64,000 nucleotides of DNA. It comes from Acidobacteria bacterium UBA2999. Lineage in GTDB: Bacteria; Acidobacteriota; Vicinamibacteria; Vicinamibacterales; UBA2999. Below are positions 20,696 to 31,959 of the stretch, piece after piece. A program made the translations under genes and the position numbers. Each line of letters opens with the position of its first letter. The first letter of the stretch is position 1. The stretch spans positions 8 to 64,007 of the forward strand of contig DDZV01000026.1 of assembly GCA_002346475.1 (NCBI GenBank), read 5' to 3'. The notes beneath the pieces were generated by a model, which had not been told where the DNA came from, searched no databases, and worked only from the letters and a program-made list of their open reading frames with translations.

Positions 20696-21025
20696 ATGAT
20701 CAGACTTTTATTAGCAGCAATGACGGCGTTCTTGTTTTTAATACTAATTAATATTGTGCAAGCACATGATGGTCACAAGCACTCAGTTATGGGAGTCGTA
20801 GTTGAGCAAAAGGATAATAAGCTCAAGGTCAAAACCAAAGAAGGAAAGGTTGTGACGATTGTCCTAACTGACAAAACAAAAATTTTTCGAGTGGAATATG
20901 AAGGTACCAAGAAGTTGAGCTTCGATGATATTGTCAAAGACGCTCGGGTGGTTGTGGATGTTGGCAACGGTAAGGAGCCACTAACAGCTCAAGAACTCAA
21001 ACTTGGCAGTACCATTCAAAAATAG
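20696..21025 (+). CDS. Small exported protein with a His-rich mature N-terminus (OB-fold-like), unknown function
   Basis: 109 aa. Signal peptide ends ...NIVQA, then HDGHKHSVMG, followed by alternating beta-strand-like sequence (VVVEQKDNKLKVKTKEGKVVTIVL...ARVVVDV). Confidence 0.5.
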   Translation: MIRLLLAAMTAFLFLILINIVQAHDGHKHSVMGVVVEQKDNKLKVKTKEGKVVTIVLTDKTKIFRVEYEGTKKLSFDDIVKDARVVVDVGNGKEPLTAQELKLGSTIQK

Positions 21026-21121
21026 AAAGCAGGTCCTTGGTCAAAAGAATAAGCGTTCTGATTACTAAAGGCACTCCAAACTGATATCCATCAGTTAGTC
21101 ATCCATGTTGAGTAGATACCA

Positions 21122-22954
21122 GTGACTTTGCAGTCTAAGTCTGTCGCCAATTCAAAACTTCGAAACGTTGCCATCATTGCACATGTTGATCATGGCAAGA
21201 CAACACTAGTGGATGCTTTATTACGACAGAGTGGAGTTTTTCGAAGCAACCAACTAGTGATCGATCGGGTTATGGATAATATTGATTTGGAACGTGAGCG
21301 TGGTATCACGATCATGGCTAAGAATACTGCTGTACGGTATGAAGATTTATTAATCAATATTGTTGACACGCCCGGCCATGCAGATTTTGGTGGAGAGGTT
21401 GAACGGACCCTCTCCATGGTTGATGGAGTAATACTTCTCGTTGATGCATCTGAAGGTCCGCTTCCTCAAACACGTTTTGTATTACGCAAAGCACTTGAAC
21501 ATGGGCTGCCACCAATTGTTGTTCTAAATAAGATTGACCGTGCTGATGCGCGTCCAAGGGAAGTACTGAACGAGGTGTACGATCTGTTTATTGATTTAAA
21601 TGCGACGGAACACCAAATTGAATTTCCAGTACTGTACACCAATGCACGTGATGGAACTGCTTCGACTGAGCTTGACACGACGAGTGCTGACTTACGTCCG
21701 TTATTTGAAGCAATAGGTTCCCATGTCCCTCCACCACACGGCGATCCAGATGCGCCTTTTCAGATGCTTGTCGCAAACATCGACTCTAATGATTACCTTG
21801 GAAGAATTGTGGTAGGGCGTATATTTAATGGGAGTGTACGGTTAAATGATCTTGTTGCTGTCCTTCGGTTGGATGGAAGGGTTGAGCATACCCGTGTCAC
21901 TAAATTGTTTGCGTTTGAAGGTCTCAAAAGAATTGATATTACTCAAGCGTCAGCTGGAGATATTGTTTGCCTGGCTGGCATGGGGGAGACCAGCATTGGG
22001 GAGACCATTGCTAGTCAAAATACCCCCGTGGCAATCCCACCGATAGCTATTGACGAACCTACTGTCTCAATAGTTTTTGGTGTGAATACTTCTCCGATGG
22101 CTGGTCGGGAAGGACAATATGTAACATCTCGAAACATCAGAGAGCGTCTCCAACGGGAGTTGATTGGTAATGTTTCAATTCGTGTTGAGGATACAGGCGA
22201 GCCAGAGCAGCTTCGCGTGATTGGTCGGGGTGAATTGCAACTGTCAATTCTTATTGAAACCATGAGGCGTGAGGGGTACGAACTACAAGTGTCAAGGCCT
22301 CATATTGTGACTAAAGATACTGGCGGTGAAAGATTTGAGCCTGTAGAAGATCTTATAATCGACGTGCCAGAGGATTATCAAGGGGTTGTTATTGCTCAAG
22401 TAGGTACTCGTCGGGGTGTTCTTAGTAAGGCAATTAATGATGGCAATGGGCGAGTGCTTTTAGAATTCCGTATTCCAGCACGTGGCCTTATAGGGTTTCG
22501 GTCCCAATTCTTAACTGATACTAAAGGTACTGGAATTATGAATCATCTCTTCGCGGGCTGGGAGCCTTGGCACGGTACGATTGAACCACGTGCCACAGGA
22601 GCCCTTGTAGCCGATCGAACTGGCAGTGCAACAGCTTATGCTATTTATAATTTACAGGACCGCGGAGATCTTTTCCTCGATCCTGGGACCCTTGTATATG
22701 AGGGCATGATCATTGGTGAGAACACGCGTGATAAAGATATCGACGTTAACATTACCAAAGAAAAGAAGCAGACAAACATGCGAGCCTCAACTGCTGATGA
22801 CGCAATTCGTCTTATCCCTCCAGTCACAATGAGTCTTGAGCAGTCCATTAGTTTTATTAATGATGATGAGTTACTTGAAATAACACCAAAGAGCCTTCGA
22901 TTACGAAAAAAAATTCTGATAGCAAATCAACGCCCTAAGCGGTTTGACGATTAA
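21122..22954 (+). CDS. typA: Translational GTPase TypA/BipA
   Basis: 610 aa. G-domain motifs [23 protein letters not shown] and NKID, plus the BipA-specific C-terminal domain. Confidence 0.96.
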   Translation: MTLQSKSVANSKLRNVAIIAHVDHGKTTLVDALLRQSGVFRSNQLVIDRVMDNIDLERERGITIMAKNTAVRYEDLLINIVDTPGHADFGGEVERTLSMVDGVILLVDASEGPLPQTRFVLRKALEHGLPPIVVLNKIDRADARPREVLNEVYDLFIDLNATEHQIEFPVLYTNARDGTASTELDTTSADLRPLFEAIGSHVPPPHGDPDAPFQMLVANIDSNDYLGRIVVGRIFNGSVRLNDLVAVLRLDGRVEHTRVTKLFAFEGLKRIDITQASAGDIVCLAGMGETSIGETIASQNTPVAIPPIAIDEPTVSIVFGVNTSPMAGREGQYVTSRNIRERLQRELIGNVSIRVEDTGEPEQLRVIGRGELQLSILIETMRREGYELQVSRPHIVTKDTGGERFEPVEDLIIDVPEDYQGVVIAQVGTRRGVLSKAINDGNGRVLLEFRIPARGLIGFRSQFLTDTKGTGIMNHLFAGWEPWHGTIEPRATGALVADRTGSATAYAIYNLQDRGDLFLDPGTLVYEGMIIGENTRDKDIDVNITKEKKQTNMRASTADDAIRLIPPVTMSLEQSISFINDDELLEITPKSLRLRKKILIANQRPKRFDD

Positions 22955-23003
22955 GGAAGAATGAAGAATTACGACTGAATCGATCAATATAAACAGTTCA
23001 CAT

Positions 23004-23345
23004 TTATGGCTGGATAGTGGGCTCTGGGGTTTTACCTGGGTCGGGCCGTCCACTTCCAGCGAGTCGGCTAATTGCACGTACTGTCATGTCTTGGTCGCAT
23101 GTAATCTGGCATGATAGACGAACCCCAGATAGGTTGCGTTCTTCAAGTTTTGTTTTTTCAGCAGGTGTCATCGACGAAGGTTCGCCAGCAAGAAATTCAA
23201 CACGACATGTTGTACAGCGTGCATTACCACCGCAGGCATGTAAGATATCTACTCCGGAGTCTTCTTTGATAGCAAGGACAAGGCGTTTTCCAGGTTCTAT
23301 ATCTACCGTAGGAAATCCTTCAACAGTTAGTTTTGGCATGGCCAC
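23004..23345 (-). CDS. 2Fe-2S ferredoxin
   Basis: 113 aa. Cys cluster CGGNARCTTCRV plus a distal LSCQ is typical of plant/vertebrate-type [2Fe-2S] ferredoxins. Confidence 0.8.
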   Translation of the reverse strand: MAMPKLTVEGFPTVDIEPGKRLVLAIKEDSGVDILHACGGNARCTTCRVEFLAGEPSSMTPAEKTKLEERNLSGVRLSCQITCDQDMTVRAISRLAGSGRPDPGKTPEPTIQP

Positions 23346-23410
23346 TATTTTAGTTTACTGGGCGTATTATTAGTTGTTGTATCGAAGTTGAACAAGCAGG
23401 GAAGTGTCTC

Positions 23411-24544
23411 ATGAGATGGACATTAGTAATAGTTATACAGTTTGTTCTTATTCAGTTAGCCATGAATGGGACCTTAGCGTCTCCACAGGCGCAAGAGTTT
23501 TTCACAAGCTCATCCACAATTGAAGAATTACAAGGTAAGCAGGCTGTAATAGAGACTGTTGCTGGACCTATCGTTGTAGATTTACTGGCAGAGGCTGCAC
23601 CGAATCATGTAGAGCATTTTATCTTCAAGGCACGTGAAGGAGCCTATGACGGCACTGTTTTTCACAGAATAATTTCGATGGGTATTATTCAAGGAGGAGA
23701 TCCAATTTCAAAAAATCCTCAGCAACAGGCTGATTATGGTACTGGAGGTTTAGGGGTTCTACAATTTGAGCCTAACAGCGAGTCGCATACACGTGGCGCA
23801 GTTTCAGCGGTCCTGGTTCCAAACGATCGAGACAGTGCAGGTTCACAGTTTTTTATCTGTGTCACCGATCAGATTGCACTTGATGGGCAATATACGGTTT
23901 TTGGAAGAGTTGTAGAAGGGATTGCGACGGTACAAAAATTATCAACATCGCCTGCTGATTCCAATGGTGCACCTATTAAACGTCTTGAAATCAACAAAGT
24001 AACAATTCGAGAGGCTTCGTCAGTTAGGCCTAAGTTGTTCGTCACTGAAACAGTTGCAATGCTCCAGGAGTACCGTGTAAGAATTGAAACGTCTATGGGA
24101 GCAATTATCCTAGAATTATTCCCGGATCGTGCACCAAATCACGTTCGAAATTTTCTCCGTTTATCATCAGCAGGTATCTATAACGGCACAGCTTTTCATC
24201 GTGTCGCAAAAAGTTTTGTGATTCAGGCTGGACATATGCCCAGCAGGTTAGAACCACTCGAGGTACCACAGGAACGGCTGATTCAGTCACTAGAACCTGA
24301 ATTCAACGAGACACCTCACGATATGGGTATTCTTTCGATGGCGCGACTTGAAGATCCAGCAAGTGCAACTACCTCTTTTTTTATAGTGACCGGTAAATCG
24401 CAAGGTTTAGATGGTCTCTACACCGTTTTTGGTCGTGTTGTTGAGGGTCTTGATGTTGTCAAACGTATTGAAAACGTTCCAGTAAATGGAGAAACGCCTG
24501 TCGAACGAGTGGCAGTAAGACGCGTTGTAGTAATTTCTCCGTAA
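23411..24544 (+). CDS. Exported tandem-domain cyclophilin-type peptidyl-prolyl isomerase
   Basis: 377 aa. Signal peptide followed by two cyclophilin domains (FHRII..GIIQGGDP...GSQFFIC...YTVFGRVVEG, then FHRVAKSFVIQAG...TSFFIV...YTVFGRVVEG). Confidence 0.9.
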   Translation: MRWTLVIVIQFVLIQLAMNGTLASPQAQEFFTSSSTIEELQGKQAVIETVAGPIVVDLLAEAAPNHVEHFIFKAREGAYDGTVFHRIISMGIIQGGDPISKNPQQQADYGTGGLGVLQFEPNSESHTRGAVSAVLVPNDRDSAGSQFFICVTDQIALDGQYTVFGRVVEGIATVQKLSTSPADSNGAPIKRLEINKVTIREASSVRPKLFVTETVAMLQEYRVRIETSMGAIILELFPDRAPNHVRNFLRLSSAGIYNGTAFHRVAKSFVIQAGHMPSRLEPLEVPQERLIQSLEPEFNETPHDMGILSMARLEDPASATTSFFIVTGKSQGLDGLYTVFGRVVEGLDVVKRIENVPVNGETPVERVAVRRVVVISP

Positions 24545-24562
24545 GTGGCGAATGTACGATAT

Positions 24563-24994
24563 TTATTTACCAGTGGTTCCAAAGCCTCCTCGGTCCGCTG
24601 GTCGTATTTGTGTGACTTCTTCCCAGTCCACTCGTGGTGCTGGTAAGACAATGCCTTGTGCAAGGCGATCGCCGTGTTGAATCGTGACTTCCTGATCTGT
24701 AATGTTTATGACTTGTATCATGATTTCGTCAGTTGGGCCTGAGTAGTCTGGATCGATAACTCCAACCCCATTTGCGACCATGAGTCCGCGCTTGAGTGGC
24801 ATACTACTTCGGGCAAAGATCGCCAGAAAATGTCCGGTTGGAACCTCCACCACGAGGCCAGTTCGTACTAGAGCAATCGTGTGTGGTTGAACTGTTAATT
24901 TATGTGCTGCGGCTAGATCGAAGCCAGCAGCTTCGTCGGTACTGTAAGAGGGGAGTTTCAGAGTGGAATCAAGACGAGTAATTTTTAAGCGCAT
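24563..24994 (-). CDS. dut: dUTP diphosphatase
   Basis: ORF track gives 24563..25216. Only the last 144 codons (from the ATG at 24994: [29 protein letters not shown]...GVIDPDYSG...RGGFGTTG) look like Dut. The N-terminus aligns with the usual Dut start. Confidence 0.9.
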   Translation of the reverse strand: MRLKITRLDSTLKLPSYSTDEAAGFDLAAAHKLTVQPHTIALVRTGLVVEVPTGHFLAIFARSSMPLKRGLMVANGVGVIDPDYSGPTDEIMIQVINITDQEVTIQHGDRLAQGIVLPAPRVDWEEVTQIRPADRGGFGTTGK

Positions 24995-27848
24995 GTACGG
25001 AGCATACCTGAATCTCTGGTCAAAGGGCGGTCTTACTATTGTTGCGCTGCTTATTCTTTTTTCTAGTGTAGTAGCACCGGCAGTACAAAGAGACCTTGAT
25101 ATAACGCTTAGCTTAGATCCAGCTGTTGTGACAGGCACACTGCCAAACGGACTACAGTACTTTATTCGACAGAACGCTAAGCCAGCGGATCGTGTTGCTC
25201 TTCGGCTGGCAGTCAAAGCGGGCTCTGTTAATGAAAGTGAGCATCAGCGCGGGCTAGCACACTTTCTTGAGCATATGGCGTTTAACGGAAGCACGAACTT
25301 TAAACCAGGTGAGCTTGTAGCGTACTTAGAGTCGATTGGTGCCCGTTTCGGTCCTCATGTCAATGCTTATACTAGCTTTGACGAAACGGTTTACATGCTC
25401 AACGTTCCAACTGATCGTACGGGTTTTCTCGATAGGGGCTTTCTTGCTTTGTCAGATTTTGCTTTTGGATTAACACTTGATCCAATAGAAATCGATCGTG
25501 AACGTGGCGTCGTGATTGAAGAGTGGCGTCAACGTCGAGGTTCAGGCGCGCGAGTACAGGAAATCCATTTGCCGCTTATTTATGCTGATTCCAAGTATGC
25601 CGATCGAAATCCAATTGGGTTACCTGACGTTCTTAAGACATTTCAGCCTGAAACGCTTCGAGATTTTTATCAACGTTGGTATAGGCCTGAACGCATGGCG
25701 GTAATTGCTGTTGGGGATGTTGATCCTATTGAAGCCGAGCAACTCATTAGGAAACATTTTGGAACCGTACCTCCTTCGACTGATGAAAATGTGCAATCTA
25801 TTTATGACGTTCCGGTACATGAAGACACTCGATATGCTGTAGCGTTGGATAGTGAAGCTCAGAGTTCTTCCGTAACTCTTCTCGTAAAACGTCCGTTTAA
25901 ATTGATGCAGACAGTGGAAGATTATAGAACTCTTCTGATTAATAGCCTTGTTCACCAAATCATCAATGCACGTTTCAGTGAAATTTCGCAACAGCCGGAA
26001 GCGCCATTTTTAGGGGCTTCGGTAGGTGCCAGCATGCTCGGTCAGACAACGGAAGCATTTGTTATGACAGCACAAGTTTCAAATGGTGAAATTCCAACAG
26101 GACTTATGGCCCTAGCTCAGGAAGTTACTCGTATTCGTCAGCATGGGTTTGGAGAAGCTGAACTCGAACGTGCAAAAAAATCAACTCTTGCGATGTACGA
26201 ACGGCTGTACAACGAACGCAATACATCTGAGCATGCATCTATAGCTGGCGAATTGGTACGCCATTTTCTCGAAGCTGAGCCGGTACCAGGAATCACCGCT
26301 GAGTTTGAGTTTGCGAAGCAATTTCTTCCGGATATAAATTCCCGTGTCGTGGCAGCACGTGCAAATGAAATTATTGGCAATCAAGTCCATGTGGTATTAG
26401 TGGCGGCACCGGAAGATTCAGACTCTACAGCTCTTGCCGAGCCAGCACTACAAAAAGCACTTATAGCTGGTACCAGTACAACAATGTCACCGTGGAGTGA
26501 TGATATTTCTGGACAGGAACTTTTAACTACTACGTTAGAGTCAGGCTCAGTCATAGACACGCGTTCAATACCTGACCTTGGCCTAACCATTCTTTCACTC
26601 TCAAATGGAGTGAAGGTGTGGCTCAAACCAACAGATTTTAAAAATGATCAGATACTTTTTACTTCATACGCCAAGGGTGGTTTGTCCTTGTCATCTCAGG
26701 AGGATTACCAAGAAGCAAGGCTTGGGACAGCACTTGTGGGAATTAGTGGGATTGGGGGCTTTACACCCATTGAAATTAATAAGTTGCTCTCTGGGCAACT
26801 TGTAGGAGCCTCACCTTATATTTCTCAGTATGTCCATGGTATTTCAGGTTCATCAACTCCACGGGATTTAGAAACAGCACTGAAACTTGTGTATCTTAAT
26901 TTCACATCTCCCAACAAAGATTCAAAATCTTTTGAGTTGTTACGTACGCAGCTTCTGGCAGTGCTAGCTAACCAGGCAGAGAGTCCAGGTGCAGTATTCT
27001 CAGAGCGATTACAAGAAGTTAATACCCTAGGGCACTACAGCAGCCAACCACTACGACTGAGCGTGGTTCCCAGCCTTCGACCTGACACAATGTTGGATTA
27101 CTATCGAGCCCGGTTTAGTAACGCTGCTGACTTTACATTCTTTTTCACTGGGGCATTTACTACTGAACAAATTACACCGTTGTTAATCCGTTACATTGCG
27201 TCGTTACCATCCACAGGCACAGCAACTAGTGTATTGAGTGACTTGCACTTGCAATTCCCGTCTGAGATTCAGCGGATTGTAGTACGAAAGGGTCAGGAGC
27301 CAAAGAGCCAGACTGTGATTTCATTCTTTGCTGACACAGGTCTTGATGAAATGGAAATGCATCGGCTACGTGCGGTGTCTAATGTTCTTGAGATGCGTCT
27401 ACGTGATCTTCTCAGAGAAGAGTTGGGTGGAACCTATGGAGTGGGAGTAAATTATTCGAATACACAACCCCAACCAGGTTACGGTACCGTTTCAGTTATT
27501 TTTGGAAGCTCGCCAGAGAATGTTGACCTCTTAACAAATGCTGTACTTGAGCAGGTTGAACAATTACGTACTACAGGTCCAACAAACGAAGAGATACAGA
27601 AAATTAAAGAGATTGAGCGCCGTGATCTTGAAACAGCTTCTAAGAATAATGCTTATTGGTCAGGTTCTCTTCAGACAGTACACATTCTTGGGTGGGATCC
27701 TTTGAGTATTCTTGGAAGGCCAGCGCGCACAAAGAGCCTTTCGTTAGAGAATGTACAGGTTGCTGCTAAACGATACTTGTCATTAGATCGTTATACGATT
27801 GTTACGCTCTTGCCAGAGCTTAGTTCTGCGCCATCAGAAATTGACTAA
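24963..27848 (+). CDS. Large fused M16 (insulinase/pitrilysin-like) zinc peptidase, exported
   Basis: 961 aa. [10 protein letters not shown] (HxxEH) in the first M16 unit, followed by a second M16 pair. Hydrophobic N-terminus. GAGGGGAG lies 7 nt upstream of the GTG at 24963; an ATG at 24993 is an alternative start. Confidence 0.87.
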   Translation: MESRRVIFKRMYGAYLNLWSKGGLTIVALLILFSSVVAPAVQRDLDITLSLDPAVVTGTLPNGLQYFIRQNAKPADRVALRLAVKAGSVNESEHQRGLAHFLEHMAFNGSTNFKPGELVAYLESIGARFGPHVNAYTSFDETVYMLNVPTDRTGFLDRGFLALSDFAFGLTLDPIEIDRERGVVIEEWRQRRGSGARVQEIHLPLIYADSKYADRNPIGLPDVLKTFQPETLRDFYQRWYRPERMAVIAVGDVDPIEAEQLIRKHFGTVPPSTDENVQSIYDVPVHEDTRYAVALDSEAQSSSVTLLVKRPFKLMQTVEDYRTLLINSLVHQIINARFSEISQQPEAPFLGASVGASMLGQTTEAFVMTAQVSNGEIPTGLMALAQEVTRIRQHGFGEAELERAKKSTLAMYERLYNERNTSEHASIAGELVRHFLEAEPVPGITAEFEFAKQFLPDINSRVVAARANEIIGNQVHVVLVAAPEDSDSTALAEPALQKALIAGTSTTMSPWSDDISGQELLTTTLESGSVIDTRSIPDLGLTILSLSNGVKVWLKPTDFKNDQILFTSYAKGGLSLSSQEDYQEARLGTALVGISGIGGFTPIEINKLLSGQLVGASPYISQYVHGISGSSTPRDLETALKLVYLNFTSPNKDSKSFELLRTQLLAVLANQAESPGAVFSERLQEVNTLGHYSSQPLRLSVVPSLRPDTMLDYYRARFSNAADFTFFFTGAFTTEQITPLLIRYIASLPSTGTATSVLSDLHLQFPSEIQRIVVRKGQEPKSQTVISFFADTGLDEMEMHRLRAVSNVLEMRLRDLLREELGGTYGVGVNYSNTQPQPGYGTVSVIFGSSPENVDLLTNAVLEQVEQLRTTGPTNEEIQKIKEIERRDLETASKNNAYWSGSLQTVHILGWDPLSILGRPARTKSLSLENVQVAAKRYLSLDRYTIVTLLPELSSAPSEID

Positions 27849-27910
27849 CGTTACAGTTCTTTCAGTCGAGAAGAAGCTATTGGGTTAACCTAATTCTACC
27901 TATCGAGACA

Positions 27911-29581
27911 ATGCAGTACATCTACACCATGAAAGGCCTGGGGAAAATACATCCGCCAGATGCCGAAGTGTTGAAAGATATTTGGCTTTCATTTCTTCCC
28001 GGCGCAAAAATTGGAGTGCTCGGATTGAACGGGGCTGGAAAAAGCTCGTTGTTGCGTATTATGGCTGGCGAGGATCAAGAGTTTATAGGTGAAGCTTTTC
28101 CAGCAGAGAGTGTTTCAGTTGGTTTTCTACATCAAGAACCTCAACTTAATTCAAAGAAGTCTGTAATCGAAAATATTGAAGAGGGCGTTGCAGATGTGAA
28201 GAACCTCCTTACACAGTACGATGAACTCAACAACAAACTTGGTGAGCAGCTTTCAACTCAAGAGATGAATCAAGTGCTTGAGAAACAAGGAGAGCTTCAG
28301 GATCAGATTGATGCAGTCAATGCATGGGATATTGATTCAAAACTTGAGTTGGCGATGGAAGCGCTAAGATGTCCGCCACCTGATGCTACAGTATCCAATC
28401 TTTCTGGAGGAGAGAGGCGCCGTGTAGCGCTCTGTCGCCTACTGTTAAAGTCTCCTGATTTGTTGCTATTGGATGAGCCAACAAATCATCTTGATGCTGA
28501 ATCAGTAGCTTGGTTGGAGCGATTTCTTAAGGAGTACAAGGGCACTGTGGTTGCGGTAACTCATGATAGATATTTTCTCGATAATGTAGCTGGATGGATA
28601 CTTGAGCTTGATCGTGGTTCTGGTATTCCTTGGGAAGGTAACTATTCATCCTGGCTTGATCAGAAGCAGCAGCGTCTTTCTAATGAAGAAAAGACTGAGA
28701 CTAAGCGTCAGAAAACACTCAAACGTGAGTTGGAATGGATCAGAATGGCTCCGCGGGCTCGTCAAGCTAAAGGGAAGGCCCGTTTAAGAGCCTATGAACA
28801 ATTAGTTAGTGAAGACACGGCTCAACAGATCGATCGTGTTGAAATATACATCCCCCCAGGCCCACGGTTAGGTACCATGGTTGTTGAAGCTCGTGGTATT
28901 AAAAAGGCGTATGGTGATCTATTGCTTTTTGACGACCTAAGTTTTACCTTGCCGAGAGGTGGGATCGTTGGCGTGATAGGTCCAAACGGTGCAGGTAAAA
29001 CTACGTTGTTTCACCTGCTAACTGGCCAGGAAAAGCCAGATGCGGGGACATTACGGTTAGGCGAGACAGTTGAACTTGGCTATGTTGATCAATCTCGCGA
29101 GGCCCTCGATTCAGAAAAAACTGTTTGGGAAGAAATCTCTGGTGGTAAAGATGAACTGCAAGTCGGAAAGAATATGGTTGCGTCGCGCGCGTATGTTTCT
29201 TGGTTCAACTTCAAAGGTGCCCAGCAACAACGTAAGGTTGGGTTCTTATCTGGGGGCGAGCGGAACCGTGTGCATATTGCGAAGCTACTTCGACGTGGTT
29301 CAAATTTACTTTTACTTGACGAGCCAACGAATGATTTAGATGTTGATACTCTTCGCGCTCTTGAAGAAGCGCTTCTTAATTTTGCTGGTTGTGCAGTTGT
29401 AATTAGTCATGATCGTTGGTTTCTCGATCGAATTGCTACTCACATTTTAGCTTTTGAGGGAAATAGTTCAGCGGTTTGGTTTGAAGGGAACTATGCAGAT
29501 TATGAGGCCGATCGGCATCGGCGTTTGGGTAACGATGCAGATAGTCCACACCGTATTAAATACCGAAAGTTGACTCGTTAA
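27911..29581 (+). CDS. ettA: ABC-F translational throttle protein EttA
   Basis: 556 aa. N-terminus [16 protein letters not shown]. Two ABC cassettes ([12 protein letters not shown] / [22 protein letters not shown] / [11 protein letters not shown]) with no membrane domain. Confidence 0.94.
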   Translation: MQYIYTMKGLGKIHPPDAEVLKDIWLSFLPGAKIGVLGLNGAGKSSLLRIMAGEDQEFIGEAFPAESVSVGFLHQEPQLNSKKSVIENIEEGVADVKNLLTQYDELNNKLGEQLSTQEMNQVLEKQGELQDQIDAVNAWDIDSKLELAMEALRCPPPDATVSNLSGGERRRVALCRLLLKSPDLLLLDEPTNHLDAESVAWLERFLKEYKGTVVAVTHDRYFLDNVAGWILELDRGSGIPWEGNYSSWLDQKQQRLSNEEKTETKRQKTLKRELEWIRMAPRARQAKGKARLRAYEQLVSEDTAQQIDRVEIYIPPGPRLGTMVVEARGIKKAYGDLLLFDDLSFTLPRGGIVGVIGPNGAGKTTLFHLLTGQEKPDAGTLRLGETVELGYVDQSREALDSEKTVWEEISGGKDELQVGKNMVASRAYVSWFNFKGAQQQRKVGFLSGGERNRVHIAKLLRRGSNLLLLDEPTNDLDVDTLRALEEALLNFAGCAVVISHDRWFLDRIATHILAFEGNSSAVWFEGNYADYEADRHRRLGNDADSPHRIKYRKLTR

Positions 29582-29609
29582 CTTCTTACTACTATGAACA
29601 GATTTCTGG

Positions 29610-31436
29610 GTGGTGTTCGTGTCGTTTTCTGATCTGCGACAGTTTGTCAGTCATCTTGAGCATGACCGGGACTTAGTTACTGTTGATGTTCCAGTTGATG
29701 CTTATCTTGAGGTAGCTGAAATTCACCGTCGAGTGATCGCAGCTGGAGGCCCAGCTTTATTATTCACTAATGTCCGGACCACTAACGGAGAGCGTGCAAC
29801 TTCTCGTTTGGTAACAAATCTTTTTGGCACAGCAAAACGTGCAGAACTTGCTTTTGGGGAACGTCCACACCGTCTCGTAAGACGTGCGGTTGAATTAATT
29901 GAGACCTTACTTCCACCATCACCAGCAGCTCTTTGGGGTGCTAGGGATATTGCTTTTGACTTAATGAAGATAGGGACGCGCTACGTCAATAAAGGACCAG
30001 TATTAGATCAGATAACGACAGATATACGACTCAACCAATTGCCTGTGTTGACGTGTTGGCCAGAGGATGGTGGACCCTTTATTACTCTACCCCTTGTTTA
30101 CACGGCGCATCCTAAACGGCGTGGTGGCCATAATTTAGGTATTTATCGCCTTCAAGTGCACGATCGTCAAACAACTGGGATGCATTGGCAGATTGGTAAA
30201 GGGGGTGGCTTTCATTACGCTGCAGCTGAAAGGCTGGGTGAGGACTTGCCGGTAACCGTGTTTCTTGGGGGACCACCTGCTCTTATGCTTGCCGGAGTTG
30301 CGCCACTTCCAGAGAATATCCCTGAGTTATTACTAGCGTCATTGATCGCCGGTGAACGATTATCTTGTGTTAAAGGATACGGAGCGCACCCAATAGTTGC
30401 CACTGCAGAATTTTCGTTAACGGGAGAAGTTCCACCCTACCTACGAAAGTCAGAGGGTCCGTTTGGTGATCACTATGGGTACTATTCACTTAAGCATGAC
30501 TATCCAGTGTTTCAGGTTAAACAAATTACACACCGTTCTGACCCTCTGTACCCTGCGACTGTAGTAGGAAAGCCTCGACAGGAGGATTTCTATATTGGTA
30601 ACTTGCTGCAAGAGTTACTTTCACCGCTATTTCCACTGGTCATGCCAGGCGTGAAGCGATTATGGTCTTATGGAGAAACTGGATATCATTCCTTAGCAGC
30701 CGCTGTTGTGAAGGAGCGTTATCGTCGAGAAGCAATGGCGAGCGCATTACGTATCCTTGGAGAGGGCCAGCTCGCTCTTACTAAGTTTCTTTTAGTAACC
30801 GATCATGACGTAGATTTAAATAATTTTAAATCTACACTTGAGCATATTCTTGCGCGTACACAACCTGAGACAGATCTATACGTCCTAGGTAATATGTCAA
30901 TGGATACACTTGATTACACGGGTCCACGAGTAAACGAAGGTTCAAAAGGAATCTGGCTCGGTCTTGGTGATCCGGTTCGAGAGTTGCCGCGTGTATTTTC
31001 TGCTTCCAGTGTTCCACTAGGAATTTTTGATATTCAAGTTTTCTGCGGTGGTTGTTTAGTCATTGGTGGACCAGCGTACGAAAAAGAACCTGATCTAGCT
31101 TCTAGAGTTGCCACGGAACAAGTATTTTCAGAATGGCCGCTTGTGGTTATTAGTGATGAGCCACTGCGTGCTTCGGCTAGTGAGATGAACTTCTTGTGGA
31201 CAACATTTACTAGATTTGAACCAGCGGCTGACTTACATGCTGGGAGTCGAAAGATTGTTCGCAATCACATTACGTACCATGGACCAATTGTCCTTGATGC
31301 TCGTTTGAAGCCAGGGTTTCCTGGCGAGTTGACATGTCAGGATGACATTTCTTCTCGGGTCAGTACACGCTGGAAGGAATATTTTCCTGATGGAAGAGTT
31401 GAAATGGGTGATGCGGAGCGTGGTCATTTGGATTAA
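29610..31436 (+). CDS. UbiD family (prenyl-FMN dependent) decarboxylase
   Basis: 608 aa. UbiD-like pattern (GGPALLF...NLFGT..., GIYRLQV, HWQIGKGGGFHY, EGPFGDHYGYY). No ubiX-like gene is adjacent. Confidence 0.85.
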   Translation: MVFVSFSDLRQFVSHLEHDRDLVTVDVPVDAYLEVAEIHRRVIAAGGPALLFTNVRTTNGERATSRLVTNLFGTAKRAELAFGERPHRLVRRAVELIETLLPPSPAALWGARDIAFDLMKIGTRYVNKGPVLDQITTDIRLNQLPVLTCWPEDGGPFITLPLVYTAHPKRRGGHNLGIYRLQVHDRQTTGMHWQIGKGGGFHYAAAERLGEDLPVTVFLGGPPALMLAGVAPLPENIPELLLASLIAGERLSCVKGYGAHPIVATAEFSLTGEVPPYLRKSEGPFGDHYGYYSLKHDYPVFQVKQITHRSDPLYPATVVGKPRQEDFYIGNLLQELLSPLFPLVMPGVKRLWSYGETGYHSLAAAVVKERYRREAMASALRILGEGQLALTKFLLVTDHDVDLNNFKSTLEHILARTQPETDLYVLGNMSMDTLDYTGPRVNEGSKGIWLGLGDPVRELPRVFSASSVPLGIFDIQVFCGGCLVIGGPAYEKEPDLASRVATEQVFSEWPLVVISDEPLRASASEMNFLWTTFTRFEPAADLHAGSRKIVRNHITYHGPIVLDARLKPGFPGELTCQDDISSRVSTRWKEYFPDGRVEMGDAERGHLD

Positions 31437-31486
31437 GTCATTAATAATTTTCTTGATGGTTCATAAGTTTCCAAGCAGCATTTATA

Positions 31487-31882
31487 ATGGTGAAAGACGT
31501 GAGTGATATAACAACCCGTGGTATACGTGTGAAAGTGGTGAGTACGTACCTCCCAGAGCAAAGTTCACCTCGTGACAGTCAGTATTTGTTTACTTATCAC
31601 GTGAGCATTTCCAATGAGGGCACAGAGACAGCACAGCTAATTTCTCGAGAGTGGACTATTACCAATGCCGAAGGGGAAGTGGAGCATGTTAAGGGTCCAG
31701 GTGTGGTAGGGGAGCAACCAGTGCTTTCACCTGGAAGTGCTTTTGAATACTCTAGCTTCTGCCCTTTAAAAACAGCTGTTGGAACAATGCATGGAACCTA
31801 TCAGATGGTGACATCTGATGGAGAAAAGTTTGATGCTTCTATTGCTCCTTTCACATTAGCAACTCCAAATTCTCTGAATTGA
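31487..31882 (+). CDS. apaG: ApaG (DUF525) protein
   Basis: 131 aa. TRGIRVKVVSTYLPEQSSP...YLFTYHVSISNEG...QLISREWTITNAEGEVEHVKGPGVVGEQPVLSPG is the canonical ApaG pattern. Confidence 0.88.
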   Translation: MVKDVSDITTRGIRVKVVSTYLPEQSSPRDSQYLFTYHVSISNEGTETAQLISREWTITNAEGEVEHVKGPGVVGEQPVLSPGSAFEYSSFCPLKTAVGTMHGTYQMVTSDGEKFDASIAPFTLATPNSLN

Positions 31883-31959
31883 TTTGTGCTCCTGCCTAGA
31901 AGGTGTGGCATCTAGTCAGAGTTTGGCTAGGTTGTTTGTAGTACAGTGATTACATTCCC

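Noticed and set aside
21079-21096. Perfect 7 bp hairpin AACTGAT-ATCC-ATCAGTT upstream of typA
   Set aside because: It is short, has no U-tract and no obvious partner motif. I could not distinguish it from chance.
23017-23373. 118 aa plus-strand ORF fully overlapping the ferredoxin gene
   Set aside because: It is antisense to a well-supported 2Fe-2S ferredoxin ORF. The composition is Ser/Arg/Pro-rich and typical of shadow frames, and there is no start context.
24995-25216. 74-codon N-terminal extension of the dut ORF
   Set aside because: The extension does not look like Dut and runs antisense through the start of the M16 peptidase gene. The ATG at 24994 matches the canonical Dut N-terminus.
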